DNA of 64,000 nucleotides from NCBI GenBank assembly GCA_963665665.1, contig OY762428.1:3520001-3584000 (forward strand). Reading direction: 5' to 3'. This DNA comes from Candidatus Kapaibacterium sp. (GTDB taxonomy: Bacteria > Bacteroidota > Ignavibacteria > Kapaibacteriales > UBA2268). The notes below the pieces were generated by a model. The model saw only the letters and a program-made list of their open reading frames with translations. It made no database searches and was not told the DNA's origin. This document shows, in pieces, positions 19,198 to 29,278 of this stretch; the stretch's first letter is position 1, and each line of letters opens with the position of its first letter. A program made the translations under genes and the position numbers.

Positions 19198-20688
19198 ATG
19201 AGAAAATATTTGATACTAATAATACTATTTGTTTTCACAATCGCCGACGCCGGGCAATGGAAAGTTGTAAGTAACACGCGGGCAATGGACTCAAACACCC
19301 TTAGGATCGATAAACAAGGGAGACCCTATTTCTTTCATTCTTTTGGACGAAGTGACGGATATTCAATCAAAGGATATTCGGAATTGAAGAGATCAACAGA
19401 TAAAGGCCAATCATGGGAACCACTTTTAAGTATTGAGTGGACAAAGAGGGATAGTATCCAGGGATATTGTTCGGATAATTTTAGTGAAGTATCTCAATTT
19501 TCCGTTGTAAATGACAGCGTGTTTTTCCTTTTTTTCAAACATAATCTTCTTTTTATGAAAAGTACTAATCATGGCGAAAGCTGGAATGTTCATGTCAGAG
19601 CGGATACCGGAAAAAGTAAAGAAGGGAAATACACTTGTGGCGAGATCAGCAGAATACAAATGTTTGATGAAAATATTGGTTATTTCAATTATTCAGACGA
19701 AACAAAGATATATTTTACATTTGACGGTTGGGAAACAATTGAGAAAATTAATTTCCCTGATGATAGTACGGATGTTTTTCAAAATAAATGGGTTAAAGGT
19801 GATGTGCTTTACTTCAGTATTGGTGATAGTAAGAAATATCCGAATTTCAAGGATAGATACAGGTACGCGGACTATCATTCTATATTGAAATCAACAGACC
19901 GTGGAAAAACATGGACATCATATGAAAACGATGATAGCGTTTTAGTTACAAGAATCGATTTTGTTGATAAGAATATTGGATTTAAATGGGGGATGAAATA
20001 TGACCCAGACTATCCTGAATCGGAATACAAAGTAAATGTGATATACAGGACGACTGATGGTGGAGAGAGTTGGGAAAATATATTGTTTAAGCGTGACAGT
20101 TCACAGACATGGGGAGAGGGAATCAGACGGTTTGTATATATGGACAGCCTGAATTACGTTGCCACTCCCTGCAATACTTATAAGCATAATGCTTCTGAAA
20201 CCGGACATCAAATTTTTTATCATACAAGTGATGCCGGAGAAACCTGGACTACAGAATATTTCAATGAGATTATCAGCGACGGCAGTTATGATAGAATCAC
20301 TGAGGATTCGAGAATTAACAATCTACAGGCAATAAATCCTGAATCAATATATTGTCAGATTTATAAATGGTGTTGCAGATATTTTCCTGACGGCGTTGAT
20401 GTGGAAGAAATGACGACACCTGAAAATTATACAGATATTCAGATATATCCAAGTCCGGCCTTACAGGGAAGCAGCGTTAATCTCTATCCGGGAGCCAAAG
20501 TAAAGGGCAGTTTCACGGCAGAATTATATAATATCCGTAGTGATATGGTCAGCCGGATAGTTTATGATAACTACCTTGATGGTAGCGTATTGTTCAAAAT
20601 ACCGGAATCAATTCCGGCTGGAGTTTATATACTTGGCATCATGGATAAAGATGGCAATTTCAAAGGCAGGCCCTTGGTGGTGGAATAA
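19198..20688 (+). CDS. T9SS-secreted BNR/Asp-box beta-propeller protein, paralog B2
   Basis: Signal peptide identical to B1, CTD nearly identical, middle diverged. Confidence 0.85.
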   Translation: MRKYLILIILFVFTIADAGQWKVVSNTRAMDSNTLRIDKQGRPYFFHSFGRSDGYSIKGYSELKRSTDKGQSWEPLLSIEWTKRDSIQGYCSDNFSEVSQFSVVNDSVFFLFFKHNLLFMKSTNHGESWNVHVRADTGKSKEGKYTCGEISRIQMFDENIGYFNYSDETKIYFTFDGWETIEKINFPDDSTDVFQNKWVKGDVLYFSIGDSKKYPNFKDRYRYADYHSILKSTDRGKTWTSYENDDSVLVTRIDFVDKNIGFKWGMKYDPDYPESEYKVNVIYRTTDGGESWENILFKRDSSQTWGEGIRRFVYMDSLNYVATPCNTYKHNASETGHQIFYHTSDAGETWTTEYFNEIISDGSYDRITEDSRINNLQAINPESIYCQIYKWCCRYFPDGVDVEEMTTPENYTDIQIYPSPALQGSSVNLYPGAKVKGSFTAELYNIRSDMVSRIVYDNYLDGSVLFKIPESIPAGVYILGIMDKDGNFKGRPLVVE

Positions 20689-20699
20689 TTAATTAGTTA

Positions 20700-20992
20700 C
20701 GACCCCTCCCAAACCCTCCCCGAAGGGGAGGGCAAAAAGTTCAAAGCCCCTCCTTCGGATCCCGACAAGTCGTGGACAGGGCGGGTTTGGGGAGGTCAGA
20801 GCCAATGCACCAAAGTTTGAACCTATTGCTGCCTTGGTCGGAGTCATTGCCGCCCTGTTCGTAAGCAAAGAAAGAAAACCACCCCTGTATTCCCCTCCTA
20901 CTTTAGGAGGGGATAAGAAATTAAATATCATAAGATTAACTCCCCCTCCTTCCGAAGGAGGGGGCCGGGGGGAGGTAGGAAGGGTCGAAAGC
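20700..20992 (+). repeat. REP-like hairpin cluster; head of the second 21-bp-array locus
   Basis: ccctccccgaaggggaggg, cccctcctactttaggagggg and cccctccttccgaaggagggggccggggg; colinear with 8640-8767. Confidence 0.85.
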
Positions 20993-21307
20993 AAAGCACC
21001 ACTGGTTTATTCTATTATTGCCTTATTCTTCTTCAAAGCCCTCTCCTTCGGGGAGGGTTTGGGAGGGGTCAGAATCATTGCTGCCTTGTTTGAAGATAAT
21101 GAACTCTTGGTTGAAGCTATTGCAGCAATGTTTTACTTCAAAGCCCTCTCCTTCGGGGAGGGTTTGGGAGGGGTCCAAATCATTGTACTGATGTTTGAAG
21201 ATAATGAACTCTTGGTCGACACTATTGCAGCAATGTTTTGCTTTATTGCTGCCTTGTTCGAAGTCATTGCTGCCTTGTTTGAAGGCATTGAACTCTTGTT
21301 CGGAGGC
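20993..21307 (+). repeat. 21-bp tandem array (15 units) with a 105-bp higher-order repeat containing in-register REP hairpins
   Basis: aaagccctctccttcggggag/ggtttgggaggggtc at 21035 and 21140 (105 bp apart), interleaved with attgctgccttgtt units. Confidence 0.88.
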
Positions 21308-21323
21308 AAAGAACATGTTCAAT

Positions 21324-21596
21324 AAGGCCAAACAAGCGTGGGATAAAGTCAAACAAGCGTGGGATGAGGCCAAACAAGCGTGGGATAAAGTCAAACAAGC
21401 GTGGGATAAAGTCAAACAAGCGTGGGATAAAGTCAAACAAGCGTGGGATAAAGTCAAACAAGCGTGGGATGAGGCCAAACAAGCGTGGGATAAAGTCAAA
21501 CAAGCGTGGGATGAGGCCAAACAAGCGTGGGATAAAGTCAAACAAGCGTGGGATAAAGTCAAACAAGCGTGGGATAAAGTCAAACAAGCGTGGAAT
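21324..21596 (-). repeat. Near-perfect 21-bp tandem array, 13 units of (AAAGTC|GAGGCC)AAACAAGCGTGGGAT on the plus strand; degenerate units continue to ~21690
   Basis: 273 bp = 13 x 21; two unit variants; shares the AACAAG core with the 10023-10652 array. Confidence 0.95.
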
Positions 21597-21831
21597 GAGG
21601 CCAAATTTCACTACAATAAGGCCAAACAGTGCTTCAATACCACCGGCCAAGGAAGTATAAAGCCCTGCCAACAAAGCAATTAGCCCAAACATCATGGTTT
21701 TGATTAAAAACAGTATTGAAATAAGGAAATTATCCGATTCATTGAAACCACAGGATGGGGAATTAAGGCCGGCGGCCTGTTCATTGGGGTGTAAGAACGG
21801 ATAAACTGAGCAAAAGAATGAGATGTTATGT

Positions 21832-21943
21832 TGTCATTCCCCGACACGTCGGGGCAGGCTTCCGGAGCTTGCGACTGAAGAATCCGTCTTTGTTTGCAGA
21901 TAGTGTATGAAGAATGGATTCTTCGCTGTCGCTCAGAATGACA
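21832..21943. repeat. TGTCATTC...GAAGAATC/GATTCTTC...GAATGACA REP/MITE-like element with nested mini-palindrome
   Basis: Terminal inverted repeats tgtcattc/gaatgaca; same family at 36925 and 47578. Confidence 0.8.
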
Positions 21944-21957
21944 TCCAGTTTTACTTT

Positions 21958-22185
21958 CGTCAAATTCAATTGCCACGTGCTTTAGCTCGTGGATAAAGAC
22001 GCAACGTCCCGAAGACTAAGAAAAAGAAACCACCCCTGCCTGTCCCGACGTGTCGGGAACTCGCTGCGTTCGCCACACCTCAACGAGGGGAATTTTCCGG
22101 AATTCCACCCCCGCCCTTTCCCGACTCGTCGGCGCCAGCGTGGGACATAGAGCCTCCTTCCCAAGCCCCCGCTTGGGAAGGAATA
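21958..22185 (+). repeat. Further copy of the foldback outer end plus CCCC...GAGGGG REP hairpins
   Basis: cgtcaaattcaattgccacgtgctttagctcgtggataaa matches 8584-8623 and the reverse complement of 11008-11047. Confidence 0.8.
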
Positions 22186-22279
22186 TTTCTTGCAAAGTTC
22201 TACTTTGAAATAGAGAAGCTCAGCTTCAAAAGAAAACTGCATTACGAAGTATAACTTCGTAATGAGGGGAATAATCGAC

Positions 22280-22433
22280 AGCGGCGTAGCCGCGACATTT
22301 TTGTAGAAAGGCGAATCCGGAAAGGACAACAGCCCCGTAGGGGCGACATTGGCAAAAGATTGTGTCGCTCCTACGGAGCTTTTAATAATCGCAATGTAAA
22401 CATTATCTACAAAAATTCCGCTCCTACGGAGCT
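22280..22433. repeat. GC(C/T)CCGTAGGGGC / GCTCCTACGGAGC REP-like quartet
   Basis: Four short hairpins in two inverted pairs (gcggcgtagccgcgaca, gccccgtaggggcgaca, tgtcgctcctacggagc, ccgctcctacggagc). Confidence 0.75.
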
Positions 22434-22625
22434 TTTTTATATAATTCCGATGCTCTTGCGACTGAAGAAACTATCTTTTCTTCCATTATAGGAGGAATGG
22501 TTCTTGTGGCCAATTGATTAATTTATAAAACTATACTAATTACATTAGGATTTTTGCAACTTTTTAATATCTTGATTGTTAAATTTGAAAGAAAAGATTA
22601 ACTTATTTTAAGTTTAAAGATTGAA

Positions 22626-23336
22626 ATGCTGAAACGAAATAAAATATTGAAACCAAATATACCTGCGCAGACAGGGAAAGCTGTTCTGAAGCTATTGATA
22701 TTATTTTCATTTTTTACGATTTCCTGTTCCGATCCCCTCGGGCTTGATGACAATGTAAAAACTACAATAGAGTTTGCAGAAATCAAACCGCTTGTGATTG
22801 GCAATTACTGGGAATACCAGGTAAATGGGTATGACGACGGAAAAGAGGCTTATAGCTACGTTGACAGATTCAGAATTGTTGATACAATTGCTGTTAGTGG
22901 CGGGGTTTGGTTTATAGAGGAACACGGCGACGAGGATATTCCTCTTGTTAATTATTTTCAGAACAGGGAGGACGGCCTTTGGAAGTCATCCGGCAACCCT
23001 GGCGAACCGGGACATGAAATAAGTATTATGGTTCCTTATCCCTTTGTTAAAGGTAGTGAATTTGTTGTTTCTACAAATCAAAGCGGGGAAAGCATACAGA
23101 AAATTATTCGTAAAGTTGAAGAAGTTGATGTCAGTATTGCTACACCCGCGGGAACTTTCCGCTGTATTAAATACGGAGATTACTTTGAATACAATGGCAC
23201 AAGGGAGGATCTGCCGAGGAACGTTCTTTACTATGCCCCGCGAACCGGTTGGATAAAAACGTTCAGGTATGTTGTTGATAACGGCCTGCAGGTTTTATCA
23301 TGGGAATATATTTTAACGGATTACCATTTGGAGTGA
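22626..23336 (+). CDS. Hypothetical lipoprotein
   Basis: Lipobox-like FTISC-SD; PLVIGNYWEY and TPAGTFRCIKY...YYAPRTGWIK motifs (DUF3108-like fold possible). Confidence 0.75.
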   Translation: MLKRNKILKPNIPAQTGKAVLKLLILFSFFTISCSDPLGLDDNVKTTIEFAEIKPLVIGNYWEYQVNGYDDGKEAYSYVDRFRIVDTIAVSGGVWFIEEHGDEDIPLVNYFQNREDGLWKSSGNPGEPGHEISIMVPYPFVKGSEFVVSTNQSGESIQKIIRKVEEVDVSIATPAGTFRCIKYGDYFEYNGTREDLPRNVLYYAPRTGWIKTFRYVVDNGLQVLSWEYILTDYHLE

Positions 23337-23395
23337 ACATTATTCCGGTTTTATTGCTGAATTATTTTAATAAGTATTTATCCCTGCCGTTCTGA

Positions 23396-24241
23396 TTATC
23401 CTCTGAACTCTTTAACTTTTTCTTCCAGGTTTAAGAACATATCATAAGGAATTACTATATTCCCGAAATTCATCTCGTCCCATTGCCTTTCTCCGCCGTG
23501 GTAATCAGAACCTCCGGTATAGATCAGCTTGTAATCTTTAGCCATATTCGTGATCTTTATCCTGAGTCTATCATTGTAGGTTGGGTGAATTATTTCTATT
23601 GCATCAAGGCCATAGCTGACAAATTCGTAGAGAATTTTCTGCTTGAGCATTTTCATCGGATGTGCCAAAGATGCAATACCCCCGGCCTTGTGTATCAGTT
23701 TTACCGCGCTGCTAACGGGGAAGTGAATTTTTTCAACATAGGCGGGACGGAAATCGCCAACATACCTGGTAAAGGCCTGCTTGACTGAAGTAGTATAGCC
23801 TTTCTCGAAAATAACATTTGCAATAAGCGGCCTTGTGATAGGTGTTTTGCCGGCTTTTACCATAATATCCTCGAAAGGAAATGTGACTCCGAGAGTTCGC
23901 AGTTTCTCCCACATTTTTTCCGCCCGGCGCATCCTGTAAACTTTAGTTTCCTCGATATGATGAGTCAGCGACGGATTATCCGGGTCGATACCATACCCGA
24001 GTACGTGCCATTCCTTGTTGCTATGGAAAGTACTCAGCTCGATGCCGTGTATGTATCCCAGCCCGGCCTTTGTAGCAATTTCTTCGGCAATGATCGATCC
24101 GTCGGCAGTATCGTGGTCGGTAATTGAAATTGCGCTTATACCATGTTCTATAGCTTTCTCTACGATTTCACGGGGGGAGTGTTCCCCGTCTGAAAAACGC
24201 GTGTGTATATGCAGGTCGGCAATTCTGTTATCTTTTTCCAT
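23396..24241 (-). CDS. PHP-domain phosphoesterase (TrpH/YciV-like)
   Basis: DLHIHTRFSDG, ITDHDT, GIELS, HVLGY, LAHP, GGSDYHG. Confidence 0.93.
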   Translation of the reverse strand: MEKDNRIADLHIHTRFSDGEHSPREIVEKAIEHGISAISITDHDTADGSIIAEEIATKAGLGYIHGIELSTFHSNKEWHVLGYGIDPDNPSLTHHIEETKVYRMRRAEKMWEKLRTLGVTFPFEDIMVKAGKTPITRPLIANVIFEKGYTTSVKQAFTRYVGDFRPAYVEKIHFPVSSAVKLIHKAGGIASLAHPMKMLKQKILYEFVSYGLDAIEIIHPTYNDRLRIKITNMAKDYKLIYTGGSDYHGGERQWDEMNFGNIVIPYDMFLNLEEKVKEFRG

Positions 24242-24293
24242 TGCTGATCGTCTTTTCTTTATCTGACCGGACAAATTACTCTGTTAAGTGACC

Positions 24294-24323
24294 TCATCCG
24301 ATGACTTTAAGTCATCGGATGAG
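24294..24323. repeat. Perfect palindrome downstream of proS (family with 35766-35792); possible terminator
   Basis: ctcatccgatgactttaagtcatcggatgag. Confidence 0.7.
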
Positions 24324-24340
24324 AAGGATTTATAATCAAC

Positions 24341-26041
24341 TTATTTCAGATTTTCCCTGATGAATGCGGGTATATCTTCGATCTTTACAACCGAACGTTC
24401 TCCGGATTCACGGTTTTTAACTTCAAGGTTACCGTTCTTAAGGTTTTTCATTCCAACTATAATCTGAACAGGGATACCTATCAGGTCGGCATCGTTGAAT
24501 TTTACGCCGGGAGAATCATTCCTGTCGTCATATAGAACATCAAAACCTTCTGCTTTAAGATCCTCGTAAAGTTTATCCGCAGCGTCGGCAACTTCCTGCG
24601 ATTTATTTGTACCGAGAGAAAGAATATGAGCGTCGAACGGAGCCAGAGGGCCTTTCCAGATAATACCGTTATCGTCGAAATGCTGCTCCATGTAGCATGC
24701 CATTATTCTTTCAACGCCAATACCGTAGCTGCCCATGATTATCGGTTTTTCTTTACCTTCCGAGTCAAGGAAGTTAGCGCCGAGAGCTTCCGAATATTTT
24801 GTCCCGAGCTTGAAAATATGCCCAAGTTCGATAGCTTTTACAACCCTTACAGCTTCGCCGCATTTCGGGCAGGCTTCCCCTGGCTGAATTGTTCTCATAT
24901 CGTGGAATTCTTCAATCTGGCAATCCCTGTCAAAATCAATATTTTTATAGTGGAAGCCGTCTTCGTTAGCACCGCTTACCATGCCGTTAGCGCCTTTCAG
25001 CAGCTTGTCGGCAATAACTTTCATTTTTGTTTTCAGGTTGATAGGGCCAATAGAACCATGATCAGCGCCGGTATATTTGATCAATTCTTCAGATTCAGCC
25101 GGGCGAAGAATATTTGTTCCGAAAATTGATTCGAGTTTAGTTTCATTCAGCTCATCGTTTCCGCGCATGAAAATAAGAACCGGTTTATCTTCTACAATAT
25201 AAACTACAGATTTCGCGCAGCGTTCTTCGGGTATTTTATATTGTTCAATCAGGTCGTCAATTGATTTTGCATCAGGTGTCGGGAATTTTTCAACTTCCTC
25301 GTTTGTATCAATCCTGCCAACCGGCTGAACATTTGTTGATGCAACTTCTACATTTGCAGCGTAACCGCATTTGTCGCAAACAGCACATGTGTCTTCTCCT
25401 GAATCGGATTCAACCATGAATTCCTGGCTCTGGCGTCCGCCCATTGCTCCGCTGGATGCGCCAACTATGAAATATTTAATATTACAGCGTTCAAAAATAG
25501 TTTTGTATGCATTGTAGTGTTTGTCATAAGCTACATCCAGGCCTTCGAGAGTATCGTTCAGAGAGTAGGCATCTTTCATAATAAACTGCCGTCCGCGAAG
25601 GATACCTGATTTCGGGCGTGGCTCATTTCTGAATTTTGTTTGTATCTGATACCAGATCTGTGGCATATCCCTGTAGGATTTTACGTGCTGCCTGGCATGA
25701 AAAGTAATAACTTCTTCGTGTGTAGGGGCAAGAACCAGCCCGTCACGGTTTTTCAGGTGGAACATAACGTCGCCCATGGCTTCAACGCGGTTTGTTTGCT
25801 CCCAGATTTCTATAGGATTCAGCGCCGGAAGTAGAAATTCCTGCCCGCCGATCTTATCCATTTCCTCGCGCAGGATTTCCATAATATTTTTGATAACCTT
25901 ATAACCCATAGGTAAAAAAGAAAATACGCCTGCGGCAACCTGCCTGACAAGCCCCGCCCTGATCATAAGCTGATGTGAAGGTATTACTGCTTCAGCACCA
26001 ATCTCTTTCAATGTCGGAATGAAATTTTGTGTCAGTCTCAT
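24341..26041 (-). CDS. proS: Proline--tRNA ligase (bacterial type with INS editing domain)
   Basis: SHQLMIRAG, LAPTHEE, FRNEPRP, GIELGHIF-like AIELGHIFKLGTKYS, MGSYGIGVER. Confidence 0.97.
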   Translation of the reverse strand: MRLTQNFIPTLKEIGAEAVIPSHQLMIRAGLVRQVAAGVFSFLPMGYKVIKNIMEILREEMDKIGGQEFLLPALNPIEIWEQTNRVEAMGDVMFHLKNRDGLVLAPTHEEVITFHARQHVKSYRDMPQIWYQIQTKFRNEPRPKSGILRGRQFIMKDAYSLNDTLEGLDVAYDKHYNAYKTIFERCNIKYFIVGASSGAMGGRQSQEFMVESDSGEDTCAVCDKCGYAANVEVASTNVQPVGRIDTNEEVEKFPTPDAKSIDDLIEQYKIPEERCAKSVVYIVEDKPVLIFMRGNDELNETKLESIFGTNILRPAESEELIKYTGADHGSIGPINLKTKMKVIADKLLKGANGMVSGANEDGFHYKNIDFDRDCQIEEFHDMRTIQPGEACPKCGEAVRVVKAIELGHIFKLGTKYSEALGANFLDSEGKEKPIIMGSYGIGVERIMACYMEQHFDDNGIIWKGPLAPFDAHILSLGTNKSQEVADAADKLYEDLKAEGFDVLYDDRNDSPGVKFNDADLIGIPVQIIVGMKNLKNGNLEVKNRESGERSVVKIEDIPAFIRENLK

Positions 26042-26252
26042 CGAGACCCTTTCATTAAAATTTATAATTCAATTACTTATCATCAATTTTACAGACTACA
26101 AAAATAGTGAAAATCTTCGGAGTTCCGTAATTTTTAAGATAATAATGATTGTAATCATACAAACAATGTTTTATTTTCGCAGAACTGAAACAATATTTTG
26201 TGGATGACGTTATAATAATATTAGCTGCTAACAGGTAGAAAGTAGATTAAGT

Positions 26253-29057
26253 ATGGATACGGGCCGGGCTGTAAAGTTTAAAATTTCGATTCTCGCGGTT
26301 ATGATAGTTACCGTAGCGGCTTCTGTTGTTCATTTCATTAATACAACAACAACCATGACCGATGAAAACCTGTTTGTGCCTATAAAAAACAGGGTTTACC
26401 TGAAAGAAAATATTATTATCCAGGATCTTTCCAAAAATCTATATCCCGATACAATTCCCGGCGGCAGTATTCTTGTAGCTGCCGGTAAACATAAGATTGA
26501 ACAAATTGCCGGTTTGAACGAACACCTCTATTCCAACGATTCTACAGAATATTTTAGTATACGTTATTTTCATCTAAGAAAATTAACATCAGATTCGGCA
26601 ATTTTGCACAGGGATTTATTATCAGCTGCCAATATGATAGATATTAAATCGGGGGCTTTTGTCAGCTATGTGTATGAAGGCGGTACTTCCGACAGGGCAG
26701 GTTTACAAGTCGGAGACCTGATAGTAAAAATTAATGACAAGGATTTTCCGGCCCCAACGGAAATAATTGATATGATGAACAATGCCCGCAGCGGAACAGT
26801 TCTTAAGTATCAGGTTTTAAGATTAGAACAGATTTTTGATATACAGGTTGCCCTTGCAAAATACGGCGTACACTTTTCCCACCTGATTGCCTTTATTACA
26901 GGTATGCTATTATTATTTCTTGCCGGTTTTATCGGTATCAAACAGAAAATGGTAAAAGGTGCAGGCCTCACCGCATTTTCTCTAATAGCGCTGGGTATTA
27001 TCTACACACTTGGTGTTTATACTTCCGGGTGGAACCAGTCAGTATTTGAAAGTTTCCGGGTAGTAATGACATTTCTCGGGGTTAATATCGGCGTTCCGCT
27101 GATACTTCATAGTTTCGTTTATTTCCCTAAGGAAAACCGCAGGGTATCCTCAAACAAGAAACTTATATATGGTTTATATATTTATGGAATTGCCAGTTTT
27201 GTATTTTATATCCCCAATATTTTCTTCTTCCCGGAATATTGGAACGAGAATATTTTCCATGTTGTCGCGGCTCTACCGGTATTCGTATTTGTTGCTTATG
27301 ATTTAATAAACAGAAAAAATTACAGCAAGGAATATAAACGCCTAAGGCGGTTCATATCTCTTGGGTACTATATCAATTTTGCTTTCTTTTTAATCCTGGA
27401 AATTTCAAAATTCTTCAAAATCAGCTTCCTTCTCACCTCGGCCACAGAATATGTATTCCTTGTGTCATTAATATTCCCGATATCTTATGTTTACACAATC
27501 GGCAGGTACAGAATATTTGATATTGATATCCGGGTAAAGAGAAATATTATTTATACTTTTATTACACTGCTTTGGAAGGCTTTCGTAGCAGCGATATTCC
27601 TTGTTTTAGTATGGTATATTTCGGTTATCGATTTCGACCTGCCAAATATACACTTTACCGGAACGGCCATAGAAGTTATCGACAGGCCATTATCACCAGC
27701 CCTGGAAATTATTTACGAAAAAGTAATCATCGTGATAATTTCTATCTTTCTTGGTATTATTTTCTTTAAAATTGCCAAAAAAGTTCAGAAAACTGTTGAT
27801 GAAAAATTCTATCGGGTAAATTTTGATTACAGGAAAGCCTCTGACGAGTTAAGTACGATGTTGGAAAAGAGGCTGGAATTGTCTGAACTTGCTTCAGGTA
27901 TAGTCGAAAAACTCGGCAAGCTTATAAAACTTAAAAAAGTTGGAGTGCTGATTTTTAAAGATGAGAAAAAGCTTTGCAGCCAGGATTATTATGGTTTGAA
28001 AGACCAGAATATCAGGGAATTTTGCATGTTCGCTGCAGATGAAATAATTACAGCAATCAATCAGTTTTCCGGATCATTCAGGGTTGATTATCTTGATGAC
28101 AAGCTTAAAGAAATTTTCCGAAGCTGCCAGTTTGAATATATTGTTCCTATCAGGTCAAAAGGAAAACTTGTCGGAGCTTTGCTGGTTGGCGAAAAACGTT
28201 CCGAAGCATCTTTCCATACTCAGGATCTCGATTTTCTTCTTTCAATTGCTACACAGGCGGCTTATGCCATCGAAAATAGTTTTCTTTACGAAAACCTGGC
28301 TCAGCAGGAAAGGATAAAACACGAACTTAATATTGCCCGCAGAATCCAGCTTGCGTCGCTTCCGAACGATATTCCCGAGATACAGGGGCTGGATATTTCC
28401 GGAGTTTCACTTCCGGCGCTGGAAGTGGGAGGAGATTTCTATGACTTTTTGAACGGAAAAGTCGGGAATCTGACAATTGTTGTTGGCGACGTCAGCGGTA
28501 AAGGTACTTCTGCAGCTCTCTATATGTCAAAGGCACAGGGGATAATGCGAACATTACATGAGTTTATGCCAACTCCAAAGGATTTGTTTGTAAAATCGAA
28601 CAGGCTGCTTTATAAATATATGGAAAAGAGTTCTTTCATTACGGCCATCGGAGCAGAATTCGATGTCTCTGACATGACTATATCTTTTTCCAGGGCAGGC
28701 CACCTGCCTTTGTACAGGTTTAAACGCTCAACCGCAAGCGTGGAAATACTAACGCCAAAAGGAATTGTTATCGGCCTTACTAAAGATCAGATGTTCAGCC
28801 GCAACCTGGAAGAAGTAACAATGACTTATGACGAGGGTGATATATTCCTGTTCATTACTGACGGAGTTATCGAAGCAAGAAGCGAGTCCAAAGAAGAATT
28901 CGGCGAAAGCAGGCTTATCAATGTATTTTCCTATGCAGCCAGAACCGCCGGAGAATCGCAGGCTATCAGGGATTCTATTCTAAACGCTGTGCAGGATTTT
29001 GCAAGGAATACCGACCAGTTCGACGACCTGACAGTAGTGGTTGTTAAAACAGGTTAA
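26253..29057 (+). CDS. Membrane sensor phosphatase: PDZ + multi-TM + GAF + SpoIIE/PP2C (RsbU-like)
   Basis: AGLQVGDLIVKIND (PDZ), several TM helices, GAF (VPIRSKGKLVGALLVG), VGGDFYD, GDVSGKG, TDGVIEA, DDLT. Confidence 0.9.
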   Translation: MDTGRAVKFKISILAVMIVTVAASVVHFINTTTTMTDENLFVPIKNRVYLKENIIIQDLSKNLYPDTIPGGSILVAAGKHKIEQIAGLNEHLYSNDSTEYFSIRYFHLRKLTSDSAILHRDLLSAANMIDIKSGAFVSYVYEGGTSDRAGLQVGDLIVKINDKDFPAPTEIIDMMNNARSGTVLKYQVLRLEQIFDIQVALAKYGVHFSHLIAFITGMLLLFLAGFIGIKQKMVKGAGLTAFSLIALGIIYTLGVYTSGWNQSVFESFRVVMTFLGVNIGVPLILHSFVYFPKENRRVSSNKKLIYGLYIYGIASFVFYIPNIFFFPEYWNENIFHVVAALPVFVFVAYDLINRKNYSKEYKRLRRFISLGYYINFAFFLILEISKFFKISFLLTSATEYVFLVSLIFPISYVYTIGRYRIFDIDIRVKRNIIYTFITLLWKAFVAAIFLVLVWYISVIDFDLPNIHFTGTAIEVIDRPLSPALEIIYEKVIIVIISIFLGIIFFKIAKKVQKTVDEKFYRVNFDYRKASDELSTMLEKRLELSELASGIVEKLGKLIKLKKVGVLIFKDEKKLCSQDYYGLKDQNIREFCMFAADEIITAINQFSGSFRVDYLDDKLKEIFRSCQFEYIVPIRSKGKLVGALLVGEKRSEASFHTQDLDFLLSIATQAAYAIENSFLYENLAQQERIKHELNIARRIQLASLPNDIPEIQGLDISGVSLPALEVGGDFYDFLNGKVGNLTIVVGDVSGKGTSAALYMSKAQGIMRTLHEFMPTPKDLFVKSNRLLYKYMEKSSFITAIGAEFDVSDMTISFSRAGHLPLYRFKRSTASVEILTPKGIVIGLTKDQMFSRNLEEVTMTYDEGDIFLFITDGVIEARSESKEEFGESRLINVFSYAARTAGESQAIRDSILNAVQDFARNTDQFDDLTVVVVKTG

Positions 29058-29221
29058 AGGAACAATAATACTTATAGCCCGAATATTTAACTTACATAAT
29101 AAATCTAAAATCTGCCGATCATTCAGCTAAATTTTTAAATAGTAAACTATTCCCAAAATGTTATAATTTACTTTGCAGATAAAATTGGAAATACAGGATA
29201 ATAAAGCAGGTATTCCGAAAT

Positions 29222-29259
29222 AAAAAAACTCGCCCGACAATGCCTTGCCGGACGAGTTG
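29222..29259 (-). terminator. Intrinsic terminator after alaS
   Basis: A-run followed by ctcgcccgacaa...ttgccggacgagtt hairpin. Confidence 0.6.
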
Positions 29260-29278
29260 AATATCTATGATTAAAATA

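Noticed and set aside
14458-20688. Diversity-generating retroelement acting on the paralogs
   Set aside because: No reverse transcriptase in the window, differences are not adenine-specific and include indels, and the C-termini are the conserved part.
21324-21596. CRISPR array
   Set aside because: Units are contiguous 21-mers with no unique spacers, and no cas genes are present; the same holds for the other arrays.
20689-22329. ORFs across the second repeat locus
   Set aside because: They are translations of REP hairpins and arrays with no recognisable domain.
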